Below, piece by piece: positions 27,191-37,022 of a DNA stretch of 64,000 nucleotides; within the stretch, counting starts at the first letter, position 1; each line of letters starts with the position of its first letter. A program made the translations under genes and the position numbers. Origin of the DNA: Chlamydiota bacterium (GTDB taxonomy: Bacteria > Chlamydiota > Chlamydiia > Chlamydiales > JAAZZY01). The stretch is taken from contig JAJACV010000049.1 in the NCBI GenBank assembly GCA_022601335.1, positions 1,176 to 65,175 of the forward strand, given 5' to 3'. A model generated the notes under the pieces. That model was given only the letters and a program-made list of their open reading frames with translations. It searched no databases and was not told the origin of the DNA.

Positions 27191-27252
27191 ATCGTAAGAT
27201 TTGAGCCATAATTTACGATAGCATCGTAAGATTTGTGCTATATTTTACGATA
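27191..27252. repeat. Two tandem 30-bp units (32-bp period), each with the terminal inverted heptamer ATCGTAA...TTACGAT
   Basis: ATCGTAAGATTTGAGCCATAATTTACGATA (27191-27220) and ATCGTAAGATTTGTGCTATATTTTACGATA (27223-27252) match at 26 of 30 positions. TATAAT-like boxes flank both sides. Confidence 0.85.
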
Positions 27253-27268
27253 ATAGGTATAATTACAA

Positions 27269-27796
27269 TTATGAAGGAAGATAAGTATAGACATAGGCAA
27301 TTGGAGAAAATGCTGCTTGAGCTAGTTCCTCTTCAAAAGAAATAACCTCAATTTGTTTTGCTTCACAAAGAGCAAAAATAAGCTCTGCTCCAAAGCGAAG
27401 CAAACGATCTTTATGAGTCAAAACCAAACGTTTAATCTTACCTTCTAAAATATGATCTAACAATACTTTTAATCCAGCTTTTCTGTAATTCATCCCAGAA
27501 CCTAAATCTTCAAGAATTTTATAGGTCCATCCATGAGAAGCGCAGTAAGAAGAGAGTCGCTTAGTCTGAGTAGCTAAGTCTTTTTTTTGATCATTTGAAG
27601 AGACTCTTGCATAGCCAATAGTCAATTCTGATTCAGTTGATTTATGACCTAGAAGTTTATCTTTCAAATAATAACGAGTACCACTCAGCCCAATCTTATC
27701 AGGAAGCAACGTTTTCTTTTGTTCCCAACGACGAAGCGTTTGCGGCGTAACACCTAAGATCTCTGAAGCTTTTCCTATTCTAATATATCTATTCAT
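27269..27796 (-). mobile_element. tnpA: IS607-family serine recombinase (TnpA), C-terminally truncated; no tnpB partner
   Basis: MerR-like HTH (ASEILGVTPQTLRRWEQ) followed by a resolvase-type catalytic domain (YARVSSNDQKKDL...GSGMNYRKAGL...THKDRLLRFG). Homology is lost after FEEELAQ, and the ORF ends at 175 aa. Confidence 0.8.
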
Positions 27797-27873
27797 TTGT
27801 ATATCTATTAATAGATAGTAATAGATTTATTCAAGCAGTTAAAAACCCTTTTTATACAAATAGTACCACATCG

Positions 27874-28272
27874 TTGATCAAAACACCTAAGCTGTTTTTT
27901 ATAGATATAGGAATGTTGAGACAAGCAACTGGAAATTGGGGACCTGCAACAGGGAGCCTTTTTGAAACAATGGTGGTTTCCGAAATATACAAATGGATTA
28001 AAACCAATCAAAGAGATACCTCTCTCTTTTTTTATAGAACACATGGGGGATTAGAGTGCGATCTTCTTTTGCAAACAGAAGAAGGATTCATTGGAATTGA
28101 AATAAAAATGAGAGATAAAATTTATTCCAAAGATATGGGTCCAATGAAAGAAATAGCAAAAAAATTTCCAGATAACTGGTTAGGTTCTATTTTTATCTAT
28201 AACGGTGTAAGTATTGAAAAATTACCAGGGGATAGAAATTGGGCTATTCCTGCTTGGCGGTTATTAACCTGA
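27874..28272 (+). pseudogene. 5'-truncated DUF4143-type AAA ATPase gene (C-terminal fragment only)
   Basis: IKTPKLFFIDIGML...FETMVVSEIYK...FFYRTHGGLECDLLL...IEIK matches the DUF4143 C-terminal module. The in-frame homologous stretch continues upstream to about 27800, where it abuts the tnpA start. Confidence 0.65.
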
Positions 28273-28354
28273 TTGCACAATTTAAAATCATGGTAATGTG
28301 TTAATTATTTTAACGAAATTTTCTCTAAGAAGTTGCACTAGCTTTAGAAAAAAA

Positions 28355-29347
28355 TTATATTTTATTTTTTAAATAAAAATCTACAGCTCTGTAAACCGCT
28401 ATGTATTGAGCTTCTTTAGCAATAAGGGGACGCCTGTGAAGATTTAGTTTGATGTACAACTCTGCTATACTCAGTTCTAATTCATCGAGACTTTTACCTT
28501 CCTCTATTTGAGAGTCAATAGCATCAAACAAGGCCATGATAGCTAAAAAAGTTCCTGTTCTACCCACTCCACCACTACAGTGTATAGCCATAATTTGGTC
28601 TTTATCAATGCGCTTTCTTGCATGATCAACAGACTCTACAAGTTCTTTGATATCATAGCCTTGATGGTCTTTCCAATCAGAAATATGAAGAAAAGGAAGT
28701 TTTTTTTGGTCCCAGTGATCCATAGGAACATCATATTGATCTTGAATGGGGATGCCTATATAGTCTTCATTATCACTAGAAAAAGTTTTTTCGTTCCAAT
28801 AAGGATAGCACTTTGGCGTGCCGTTTTCTTCTTCACCTGTTAGGCTAACAAGCATTCCTACATCCCAACTTAATAGTAAACGATAGAAATACTCTACATG
28901 TTTTTGAGTCGGACCCTCTAATGCAAAGTAATGCCTTGCATTAATGGTTAAACAAGTGCTGTTGTAAGTATTATCCGTTTTGGAATGCTCAAAAGTAATG
29001 CAGTTGGGTTGGCGATAGCGATGATTTGCTATTAAACTTTCAGCCATATCGAAGTCTGTATTGAGTCGTGTGGGGATAGAATTATTTGCAATAATAGAGT
29101 TACGTATAGATTTGAATTTTGAAAATTCAAGCTTAATCTCAGCAATATCCTTATCTAGATAATATTTAGGGAAAGAAATATCTTGGCAATGCTTTATCCA
29201 TCTGTTTGATATAGCTTCATCAACCTCTAAAAAATGGGCTTTAATTTTTTCGTTTGGAATAGAGAACATATGACCACTTGTGTAGAGGTTTAGATTGGAT
29301 TGAGAAAAAACAGTCGGTTGAAAAAAAGTTAGGTTAGATGAAATCAT
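28355..29347 (-). CDS. Classical (eukaryote-like) protein tyrosine phosphatase
   Basis: P-loop IHCSGGVGRTGTF (CX5R), an upstream NHRY...FEHS pTyr-recognition-like motif, a WPD-like DWKDHQG, and a Q-loop-like AQYIAVY. Confidence 0.8.
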   Translation of the reverse strand: MISSNLTFFQPTVFSQSNLNLYTSGHMFSIPNEKIKAHFLEVDEAISNRWIKHCQDISFPKYYLDKDIAEIKLEFSKFKSIRNSIIANNSIPTRLNTDFDMAESLIANHRYRQPNCITFEHSKTDNTYNSTCLTINARHYFALEGPTQKHVEYFYRLLLSWDVGMLVSLTGEEENGTPKCYPYWNEKTFSSDNEDYIGIPIQDQYDVPMDHWDQKKLPFLHISDWKDHQGYDIKELVESVDHARKRIDKDQIMAIHCSGGVGRTGTFLAIMALFDAIDSQIEEGKSLDELELSIAELYIKLNLHRRPLIAKEAQYIAVYRAVDFYLKNKI

Positions 29348-29357
29348 TTGATATCCT

Positions 29358-29834
29358 TCATTTTTTTATTTTAGTAGAGATTAGCTTAAAACCAACATGG
29401 CTTGCCTTAAATCCCAGTCTTTCATAGAACTTAATAGAGCTCTCTCTTTGGCAATTTGTTGTAAGTTGAATAATATAGGCGCCTTTAGATTGGCCGTAAG
29501 TGATGGCTTGCTTAATCATCCATTCGCCTACTTTTTGATTTCTGCATTCCTCTAAAACACGGACAGCTTCTATTTGCATTCTTGTAGACCCACAGTAGGT
29601 TAAAGAAGGCAATAGAGTTAAGTGGCAAGTCCCAATCATTTTTTTATTTTGCTCGACAACCATCAGGTAATGGTTAGGATCGGAATCAATTTTTTGAAAG
29701 GCTTCTTTGTATTTGTCGATAAAGATAGAATTAGGTTTTTCTCTCTGAGCTCCTAATTCATCTTGGTACAAAAGAGAAATAAGAATTGATAAATCAGCAG
29801 CTTGAGCTTTTCTATAAATGAGATTCATGACCAA
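29358..29834 (-). CDS. GNAT family N-acetyltransferase
   Basis: Acetyl-CoA binding motif A (RNQKVGEWMIKQAITYGQSKG) and the C-terminal FYERLGF. Confidence 0.75.
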   Translation of the reverse strand: MVMNLIYRKAQAADLSILISLLYQDELGAQREKPNSIFIDKYKEAFQKIDSDPNHYLMVVEQNKKMIGTCHLTLLPSLTYCGSTRMQIEAVRVLEECRNQKVGEWMIKQAITYGQSKGAYIIQLTTNCQRESSIKFYERLGFKASHVGFKLISTKIKK

Positions 29835-30433
29835 ACTTTGATAATTTCACCGTTGAGAATTCCAACAATGGATCGAACATAGGCTGAAGCGACTTTCTTT
29901 ACAGGGATTTCATCGTAGGCTACGAAGAGCTCTCCGTAGTGCTTTACAGATTCTTCCACTAAACCAGGATTTACTACATTAAGACGCATTTTTTTGGGGA
30001 GCTCTAAAGAGCCCGCTTTAACAAAAGCTTCGATTCCACTATTGACAATAGCTCCTGCGGAGCCTTTTGGAAGAGGAGGACCGTTTAAAATACCTGAGGT
30101 AAGCGTAAACGAACCATTTGAGTTTAAATATTGAAGACCTGTTAATACCACATCAATTTGTCCTAAGAGCTTTGCCTGGAGACTCTCTAGATAGCTTTTT
30201 TTAGTCATTTCAGTAATGGGTTTAAAAAGAACTCCTCTGCCTCCCGCGCAGACAACAGCGTCAAGAGCGCCTACTTCTTGATACATTTTCTCAATGGATT
30301 CAGTAGATGTAATATCTACTTTAATATCCGATGAATTTTGAGAAGCAGAAATCACCGAGTGATCTAGTTGTTCAAGCTTTTTTACTACAGCTGATCCTAT
30401 CGTTCCTCTGCCCCCAATAACTAAAATTTTCAT
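29825..30433 (-). CDS. Short-chain dehydrogenase/reductase-like NAD(P)-binding protein
   Basis: N-terminal Rossmann motif MKILVIGGRGTIGSAV. About 200 aa. Confidence 0.75.
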   Translation of the reverse strand: MKILVIGGRGTIGSAVVKKLEQLDHSVISASQNSSDIKVDITSTESIEKMYQEVGALDAVVCAGGRGVLFKPITEMTKKSYLESLQAKLLGQIDVVLTGLQYLNSNGSFTLTSGILNGPPLPKGSAGAIVNSGIEAFVKAGSLELPKKMRLNVVNPGLVEESVKHYGELFVAYDEIPVKKVASAYVRSIVGILNGEIIKVWS

Positions 30434-30450
30434 TTATAATTCCTTTAGGT

Positions 30451-31722
30451 TTAATCTTGGTTCCAACGTGTCCAGTCGAGAATAGACTGGGTATATATTT
30501 GTACCATCTCATCAATACGTCGATCTTTGTTATAATATAATATCTTTGTTTGTTCGTAGTTGTCTTGTAAAAAAGGCTCACAATAAAGAATAGGCGCATG
30601 GGTAAGGCGAGCTAACATTAAATTTCTATGAAAGACTCCTGCTGCTTTATCAGGGTAAATAGCTTGCATCCAACCTTTCATTTTGGCTAAAGGTAAATTA
30701 AGTATTTCAGAGGTATAATCAGAAGTAATACTCGCAAGAGCTACAGATTGCTCGATATCCTCAGTGACTAACAAACGCACAAACTCATATCTCGATCGAT
30801 CATTTTTTAAAGAAGCTTTGCGAAAAACCTCATCTTTTAAATCGCCTTTCTCAAAAGCTCCTGGAACAAAGAAAAGAGTGTAGTCTGTGTCTGTGCCAAT
30901 TGTATAACCTTCTTTGTTGTAGCCGCCTCCCAAATTATAATGACAAGCTATGGTTACATGAGGTTTAAAAGCGTTGATAAGTTCAGCCCTTCTTTCTATA
31001 TCCAAAAAGTTATATGTACTGCGAAAAATTTGACTTAAAGGGGCCTTTTCTTTCCACCAAAGAGCTTCTTTACTTTGAATCAAAGGGTCCGGCTGTCTTA
31101 AAACAAGTTGAGCGACAGCAGACTCAAAGTTTTCGGACTTCCAATCATCAAAGTTACTTCGAAGAACGGGCTCACCTGATTTGACTTTTGTTAGAAGGAC
31201 AGTGGCACCCAGTGCCTTGAGTTTATTCGCCAGTCTTTTTGCAGTGGTAATGGCAAGTTCTCCCTCATTAAATTTTATCTCTTCATAGATGCCTTTTTCT
31301 TCGTTCGGGAGCATATGGACATATTTCTCCTCAAGGTGAGCTAATTTACCTCCCATATGCCCTGGGTCAATTGCGACTCTAAGACCTTTAAGGGGAGTAT
31401 GTGGGTTCTGAAAAGGAGGGAATTCCTTTTTGGGTCTTTTTTTAGAACCTAGCTCTAGAGTGAATTCAGCTCGATGGTTTAGCTTATCTTCTGGAGAGGC
31501 ATAGATTACAAATTCATGTTCTGTTAGTAAATACCAACGATTGATTTCAGCATCTCCTTCAAGTGCTTTTTTTATTTTGGTTTCTACATATTCTTTTGAA
31601 AGCGTTTTTTGATAGGCATCAAAGTCATGAGCATCTTCAAATAGATTTTTACAAGACAAACGGGCTGTAGAAAAAGTAAGCATAAGTAAAAGACTGAGAA
31701 TAGCTATTGAAATGAGTCGCAT
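30451..31722 (-). CDS. N-acetylmuramoyl-L-alanine amidase (Amidase_3-like), secreted
   Basis: Signal peptide. RVAIDPGHMGG...E..LAITTAKRLANKLKALGATVLLTK matches the Amidase_3 Zn-site pattern. Confidence 0.7.
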   Translation of the reverse strand: MRLISIAILSLLLMLTFSTARLSCKNLFEDAHDFDAYQKTLSKEYVETKIKKALEGDAEINRWYLLTEHEFVIYASPEDKLNHRAEFTLELGSKKRPKKEFPPFQNPHTPLKGLRVAIDPGHMGGKLAHLEEKYVHMLPNEEKGIYEEIKFNEGELAITTAKRLANKLKALGATVLLTKVKSGEPVLRSNFDDWKSENFESAVAQLVLRQPDPLIQSKEALWWKEKAPLSQIFRSTYNFLDIERRAELINAFKPHVTIACHYNLGGGYNKEGYTIGTDTDYTLFFVPGAFEKGDLKDEVFRKASLKNDRSRYEFVRLLVTEDIEQSVALASITSDYTSEILNLPLAKMKGWMQAIYPDKAAGVFHRNLMLARLTHAPILYCEPFLQDNYEQTKILYYNKDRRIDEMVQIYTQSILDWTRWNQD

Positions 31723-31755
31723 GATTTGATAAACTCCCTTAAAAAAACTACTAAT

Positions 31756-33471
31756 ATGCGACTTACAAATCTTTTCTTCAAGACATTTAAAGAGGCTCCG
31801 TCAGATGCCGATGTTCCTTCACACAAGCTACTTGAGAAAGCTGGCTTTATTAAGAGACTCGCGCGTGGACACTACACTTATACGCCTCTGATGTGGCGAG
31901 TGATTGGAAAACTCAAGAAAATTATTCGTGAGGAAATGGAAAAAGAAGGTTCTCAAGAAATCTTTCTCCCGCAATTACATCCTAAAGAAATTTGGGAAGC
32001 ATCAGGTAGATGGGACGCTTATAAAGCTGAAAAACTGACTTATCTTGTTCAAGATAGAGATGAAAATGAATACTGTCTAGGGCCCACACATGAGGAAGCT
32101 GTAGCGCATCTCGTGAAAAACTGGATTACAAGCTATAAGCAACTTCCTAAAAATCTTTATCAAATTACGAATAAATTTAGAGATGAAATTCGACCTCGAT
32201 TTGGATTGATGCGTTGTAAAGAATTTCTTATGAAGGATGCTTACAGTCTCTCTGCTAATACGCAGCAAATGGATAATGAATATAAAAAAATGAGAAGAGC
32301 CTACCAAAAGATCTTTGATCGATTGGAAATAGACTATGTCATTGTTCAAGCAGATGCAGGTAAAATAGGGGGCTCTCAATCACAATCAGAAGAGTTTCAA
32401 GTGACTGCTGAAATTGGTGAAGACACTCTACTTGTGTGTGATGATTTTGCTTTTAATAGCGAAAAAGCGCCTTGTATTATTTCCAAATTTGAATACCCAT
32501 CAACACAAGAGCCTATCGAAAAATTTGAAACTCCTAATGTGAGAACTATTGAAGATCTAAAAAACTTCGCTAAGTCTCCTATTGAAATGTTAATAAAAAT
32601 TATCGTCTATAAGTTAACGCACAAAGACTCTGAAGAAATTGTAGCTGTAGGTATTCGAGGAGATAGGGAAATCAATCCTATCAAGCTTACGAATCACTTC
32701 AAAGCTTTGGATGTAACTCTTGCTGAAGAAGCAGATTTAAAAAAAGTAGGTTTGAAAAAAGGCTTTATAGGGCCCGTTAACTGTCCTGTTAATTTTGTAG
32801 CTGATAACAGTTGTAAACCAATGGTTAACTTCATTTGTGGGGCTAATGAAATAGATTTTCACTTCAAAAATGTGAACTGGAAAACAGATTGTGAGGAACC
32901 GATTTTTGATGATTTTTGCCAAGCTATAGATGGGGATTTGTGTCCTTTGGTTCCAGAGGGACGCTACAAAGAAAAAAGAGGCATAGAAGTCGGACATATT
33001 TTTAGCTTTGGAGATAAGTATAGCAAAGCTCTGGGGGCCTTTTTTCAAAATGAAGATGGCAAGCCTCAACCTATTTTAATGGGATCGTTTGGTATTGGTG
33101 TGGGCCGACTCACACAAGCTTGTGTGGAACAAAATTACGACGATAAAGGAATCATTTGGCCTAAAGAAATAGCTCCTTACTCTGTCTTTTTGACTGCTGT
33201 TAATATGAAAGATGAAGATCAGAGAGCAGCTGTAGAAGCCCTTTACCAGAAGCTCTTAAACTCCAAGGTAGAGGTTCTTTTTGATGATCGAAAAGAAAGA
33301 CTTGGATTCAAGCTCAAAGATAGCGACTTAGTAGGAATGCCTTATAAAATAATCATTGGAAAAAGCTACTTAGCTGAAAAAAAACTTGAGATTGAACCTA
33401 GAGTTGGAGAAAAAATAATCCTTTCAGAAGATGAGCTTGATTCTTTTATAAAAGAGCATCTTCTCTCATAG
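31756..33471 (+). CDS. proS: Proline--tRNA ligase (bacterial type with an inserted editing domain)
   Basis: MRLTNLFFKTFKEAPSDADVPSHKLL, class II motifs (FRDEIRPRFGLMRCKEF, GIEVGHIF) and a C-terminal anticodon-binding domain. Confidence 0.95.
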   Translation: MRLTNLFFKTFKEAPSDADVPSHKLLEKAGFIKRLARGHYTYTPLMWRVIGKLKKIIREEMEKEGSQEIFLPQLHPKEIWEASGRWDAYKAEKLTYLVQDRDENEYCLGPTHEEAVAHLVKNWITSYKQLPKNLYQITNKFRDEIRPRFGLMRCKEFLMKDAYSLSANTQQMDNEYKKMRRAYQKIFDRLEIDYVIVQADAGKIGGSQSQSEEFQVTAEIGEDTLLVCDDFAFNSEKAPCIISKFEYPSTQEPIEKFETPNVRTIEDLKNFAKSPIEMLIKIIVYKLTHKDSEEIVAVGIRGDREINPIKLTNHFKALDVTLAEEADLKKVGLKKGFIGPVNCPVNFVADNSCKPMVNFICGANEIDFHFKNVNWKTDCEEPIFDDFCQAIDGDLCPLVPEGRYKEKRGIEVGHIFSFGDKYSKALGAFFQNEDGKPQPILMGSFGIGVGRLTQACVEQNYDDKGIIWPKEIAPYSVFLTAVNMKDEDQRAAVEALYQKLLNSKVEVLFDDRKERLGFKLKDSDLVGMPYKIIIGKSYLAEKKLEIEPRVGEKIILSEDELDSFIKEHLLS

Positions 33472-34159
33472 CTGTTTCATGTATTAAGTTGAGTAAATCA
33501 CGAATAATTTCTTCCTGAGTATCGATTTTTTCCCCATTTAAATTTGAAACGGCTCGAATCTCTTTCATTGAATTACAGATGAAAATATAATTTTGTTTTT
33601 CTAGTTCATTGTAGTTAAGCGCTTTCTCTTCTACTTGAAGGCCTATCTTTTGTACGCATTCACAAACAAGATCTAAAGTAACCCCATAGTAATAGGGGAG
33701 GGATCTATCCGGAATAAAAAGTGTCTTTTTATCGATCCAAAAAATATTAGCTATAGAAGTCTCTAGTAAATTCTGGCTATTATCGTAGAAGACCCAATCT
33801 TCAAAACCTTCAGATTGAGCGTCTCTTAAAAGTTTCTTTCTTTGCGAAAAGTCACTTTTTTTTACATAGGCCAGAGCTTCGAAAAAAGGTTTTGAATAGA
33901 ATTTTAATGAGGCTGTTCTCTCTTCTTGCTCTTTGTAAGAGTGAATTTCAACCGAGGCTTTATTTAATGAGTCTATGCTTATTTTTAATCTCCAAAGCCC
34001 CTTCTGATATCGAGCGTTTTTCAGAAGTATAAATAAAGCAGGGAGATCAAAAAGGGGCTGAGGTAGCCCCATTGCTTTGCAGCACCTAGAAAGCTTATCT
34101 AGATGTCGCTTCAGCGCAATAGGAGTGCCATTTTTGACTTTCAAGGTTGTAAAAAGCAA
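33446..34159 (-). CDS. pabC: Class IV aminotransferase-fold protein, probably aminodeoxychorismate lyase
   Basis: FTTLKVKNGTPIALKRHLDKL and NIFWIDKKTLFIP...YYYGVT follow the PabC/IlvE fold-type IV pattern. TTG start. The short N-terminus lowers confidence. Confidence 0.55.
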   Translation of the reverse strand: MLFTTLKVKNGTPIALKRHLDKLSRCCKAMGLPQPLFDLPALFILLKNARYQKGLWRLKISIDSLNKASVEIHSYKEQEERTASLKFYSKPFFEALAYVKKSDFSQRKKLLRDAQSEGFEDWVFYDNSQNLLETSIANIFWIDKKTLFIPDRSLPYYYGVTLDLVCECVQKIGLQVEEKALNYNELEKQNYIFICNSMKEIRAVSNLNGEKIDTQEEIIRDLLNLIHETAMREDALL

Positions 34160-34330
34160 GGGAGATCAATTTTGTATGATAAACATCTAATTTATCTACT
34201 TTAGCTCTATTTTTCCAGGATGTTGCGTTTTTTTTAGTTTCTTTTGAACTATTTTAGGAAAGACTAAATAAACCTTTTTTTAAAATACTTTAAAAAAGTA
34301 TAGCAAAAGGGTTTGGAAGGAGAGGCAAAA

Positions 34331-35842
34331 ATGGAAAAACTACCGCTTTTAAAAAAGTGGATCGGTTTTTTTAAACCCTTATTTATTGTTATAATAGGTG
34401 GTTTCTTTACAGCTTGCTCTATTCAAAATCAAAGAGCTGAAATATTCAAACCCCTTGATGCTCAGCTTTCTATCAAAGAAGCGTTCCTTGCAAAAGACTT
34501 TGTATCAGCAGATTGGATATCAGAGCAATGGTGGGAGATGTTCAATGACCCTCAGTTAAATGTCTTCATAGAGCGTGCCATAAATAATAGCCCAACCATG
34601 CAATCTGCTATTGAAACGGTTTCCCTAGCTCATGATGTAGCAAAACAAAACTTCTCCCCACTTCTTCCAAGTGTTAACGCTGAATTTAAGGAAGCCCTTT
34701 TTGGCTTTAACTGGAAGAGGGATGATATTAAATTAAAAAACCCGCTTCTGCCAGATAATCTATTACCGAGTTGGTTAAACTTTTTGGGCTATACTCTTAA
34801 CTTTAAATGGTCTTTGGATATATGGGGAAAACAAGCAAAGCTATTTAAAGCGGCTGTTGATGATATGAAAGGACAAATGGCTGAATCAGCTTTCCAAAAA
34901 CTTATTTTGAGCGTTCATGTGGCTAAAAGCTACATAAGTTTGCAATATTACACGCGGCTTAAAGAATTGCAGCTTGCTGTACTTAAAACTCAAAAAGATA
35001 CCCTTTTTATTCAAAAACAAATGTTTTGTTATGCCCTTGCTGATGAAATAGATCTTCAGAAAATAAACAAATCACTATCTCAAACACAAATTAATCTTTT
35101 AGAGACTGAAAATACTTTATCACAATTGAAACATGAGCTCTGTAGACTCATGGGAGAAAACCCAGATGTATTCACTTCTTTTAATGAGCCTACGGCACAA
35201 TTCAACTTCTCTTTTCCATTCCCAGAGAATATTTCTTTAGATTTACTAGCAAGAAGACCTGACTTGGTGACCAAGATTTGGGCTATACAGGCAGCTACCA
35301 AACGAGTGAACTCCGCTAAAGTAGAATTTTTGCCATCGATTAATTTAGCTAGTTTGTCAGGATATTTGAACCTGAAGTTTAAAGATATTTTAGAGCCAAA
35401 AGGTTGGTTTACAAGTATTATTCCAGGTGCAGCTCTACCTTTATTCAATGGATTTAACTTAAGAACTAAACTCAAATATAGTCTGCGAAAATATAACTTA
35501 GCTGTGTATGAATATAATGAGCTTCTTTTACAAGCAATGCAAGAAGTCGTTGATAGTATCACAGCCTTTCGCATAGCCAATATGAAACTAGAAGAACAAA
35601 CAATGGTTCTGCAGGCAGATGAAAAAATTCTAGACTTATCTGGAATGCGCTTTGAGTATGGACTGAATACGTATCTACAAGTGTTGGAAAGCGAAATGAT
35701 TTGTTTAGAAGATGAAATGGTTTATGTGCAGCTTCTTCAAATGAGACTTTTGAGCGTTTTGAGTTTAATTAAGGCAATAGGTGGGGGCTATAATAATCCA
35801 AGTGCCCAAATCGACATGGAGAGTGATTTTATTTATGAGTGA
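34331..35842 (+). CDS. Outer-membrane efflux lipoprotein (NodT/OprM/TolC family)
   Basis: Lipobox FFTAC. The two-repeat OEP pattern has the typical N-terminal W...F.D..L...I..A...N. An RBS GGAAGGAG lies upstream of the ATG at 34331. Confidence 0.85.
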   Translation: MEKLPLLKKWIGFFKPLFIVIIGGFFTACSIQNQRAEIFKPLDAQLSIKEAFLAKDFVSADWISEQWWEMFNDPQLNVFIERAINNSPTMQSAIETVSLAHDVAKQNFSPLLPSVNAEFKEALFGFNWKRDDIKLKNPLLPDNLLPSWLNFLGYTLNFKWSLDIWGKQAKLFKAAVDDMKGQMAESAFQKLILSVHVAKSYISLQYYTRLKELQLAVLKTQKDTLFIQKQMFCYALADEIDLQKINKSLSQTQINLLETENTLSQLKHELCRLMGENPDVFTSFNEPTAQFNFSFPFPENISLDLLARRPDLVTKIWAIQAATKRVNSAKVEFLPSINLASLSGYLNLKFKDILEPKGWFTSIIPGAALPLFNGFNLRTKLKYSLRKYNLAVYEYNELLLQAMQEVVDSITAFRIANMKLEEQTMVLQADEKILDLSGMRFEYGLNTYLQVLESEMICLEDEMVYVQLLQMRLLSVLSLIKAIGGGYNNPSAQIDMESDFIYE

Positions 35843-37019
35843 TACAGATCAACCTAAATTGATAGAGGATAAAAGTACGCCTAAAAAACGTAAGTGGATT
35901 CTACTTGTAGTTATAGGATGTTTGCTTATTCTATCTTTAATTATTTTTTTATATTGGGTGCTGTCTGCTAGATTTTATATCTCTACAGAAGATGCTTATG
36001 TAAATGGGAATACTGTTGAGGTTTATCCTCAAATAGGTGGGAATATCACAACAGTGAATGTGCAGGAGACCTTTCATGTAAAACAAGGAGATGTTTTAGT
36101 CATACTAGATCCAACAGAATCCTTGATCGCTTTTGAAAATAGTAAGTCAGCATTAGCTAATACTGTCAGAGAAGTTGTGCAGAAATTTGATCAAGTGTTT
36201 AAAATAAAAGCTCATATTCAAATGCTGCAAAGTCAATTAGCTCAAGCTGAATTAAACTTTCAGCATAGAGATGCTCTTGTTAAAATAGGAGGAGTCACTA
36301 AAGAAGATTTCGAAAATTCAGGAACAAATGTGCTTGTAGCGCAAGCTTCCCTAAATGAGGCCATGGAAGACTTAAGAGGATCTGAGGCTCAAATATATAA
36401 TACAACCGTCGCGACTCACCCACTAGTAAAAGAAGCTGCTGACAAAGTACGCTCTAGCTGGATAAATTTACAAAGGACTGTGGTTTTAGCGCCCATAGAT
36501 GGTTATATTGCTAAAAAATCTGCGCAAGTAGGTGAGAGTGCGGATCCAAGTGTTGCGCTTCTTTCAATAGTTCCTTTAAAAGATATTTGGGTAGATGCGA
36601 ACTTTAAAGAAAGTCAATTGAGTCACATAAAATTAGGCCAGTCAGTTGAAATGGTCACATCCTTATACGGAAATCGTGTGAAATATAAAGGGAGTGTTGT
36701 AGGTATTTCTCCGGGAACAGGTAGTGCATTCGCTATTTTGCCTCCTCAAAATGCCTCTGGAAATTGGATTAAAATTGTACAACGTGTTCCAGTTAGAATT
36801 TCTTTGGATTCTAATCAATTAGACAAATATCCACTTCGTCTGGGGCTCTCATTAAAATCGATAGTTGATATCCGGGATGAATCAGGTGGGACTCTATTGC
36901 CAATGGAGGCAACACAATCTCTTTATCAAACCTCTGTCTTTCAAGATCAAATAGTAGGGGTTGATGAGATCATAAGCCAAGTGATTCAACAAAACATTAA
37001 TCCTAACCTCTCGGATTAG
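35835..37019 (+). CDS. emrA: HlyD/EmrA family membrane fusion protein
   Basis: Single N-terminal TM, then YISTEDAYVNGN, a coiled-coil middle, and a lipoyl/beta-barrel pattern. ATGAGTGA overlap with the upstream OMF gene. Confidence 0.85.
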   Translation: MSDTDQPKLIEDKSTPKKRKWILLVVIGCLLILSLIIFLYWVLSARFYISTEDAYVNGNTVEVYPQIGGNITTVNVQETFHVKQGDVLVILDPTESLIAFENSKSALANTVREVVQKFDQVFKIKAHIQMLQSQLAQAELNFQHRDALVKIGGVTKEDFENSGTNVLVAQASLNEAMEDLRGSEAQIYNTTVATHPLVKEAADKVRSSWINLQRTVVLAPIDGYIAKKSAQVGESADPSVALLSIVPLKDIWVDANFKESQLSHIKLGQSVEMVTSLYGNRVKYKGSVVGISPGTGSAFAILPPQNASGNWIKIVQRVPVRISLDSNQLDKYPLRLGLSLKSIVDIRDESGGTLLPMEATQSLYQTSVFQDQIVGVDEIISQVIQQNINPNLSD

Positions 37020-37022
37020 TCA

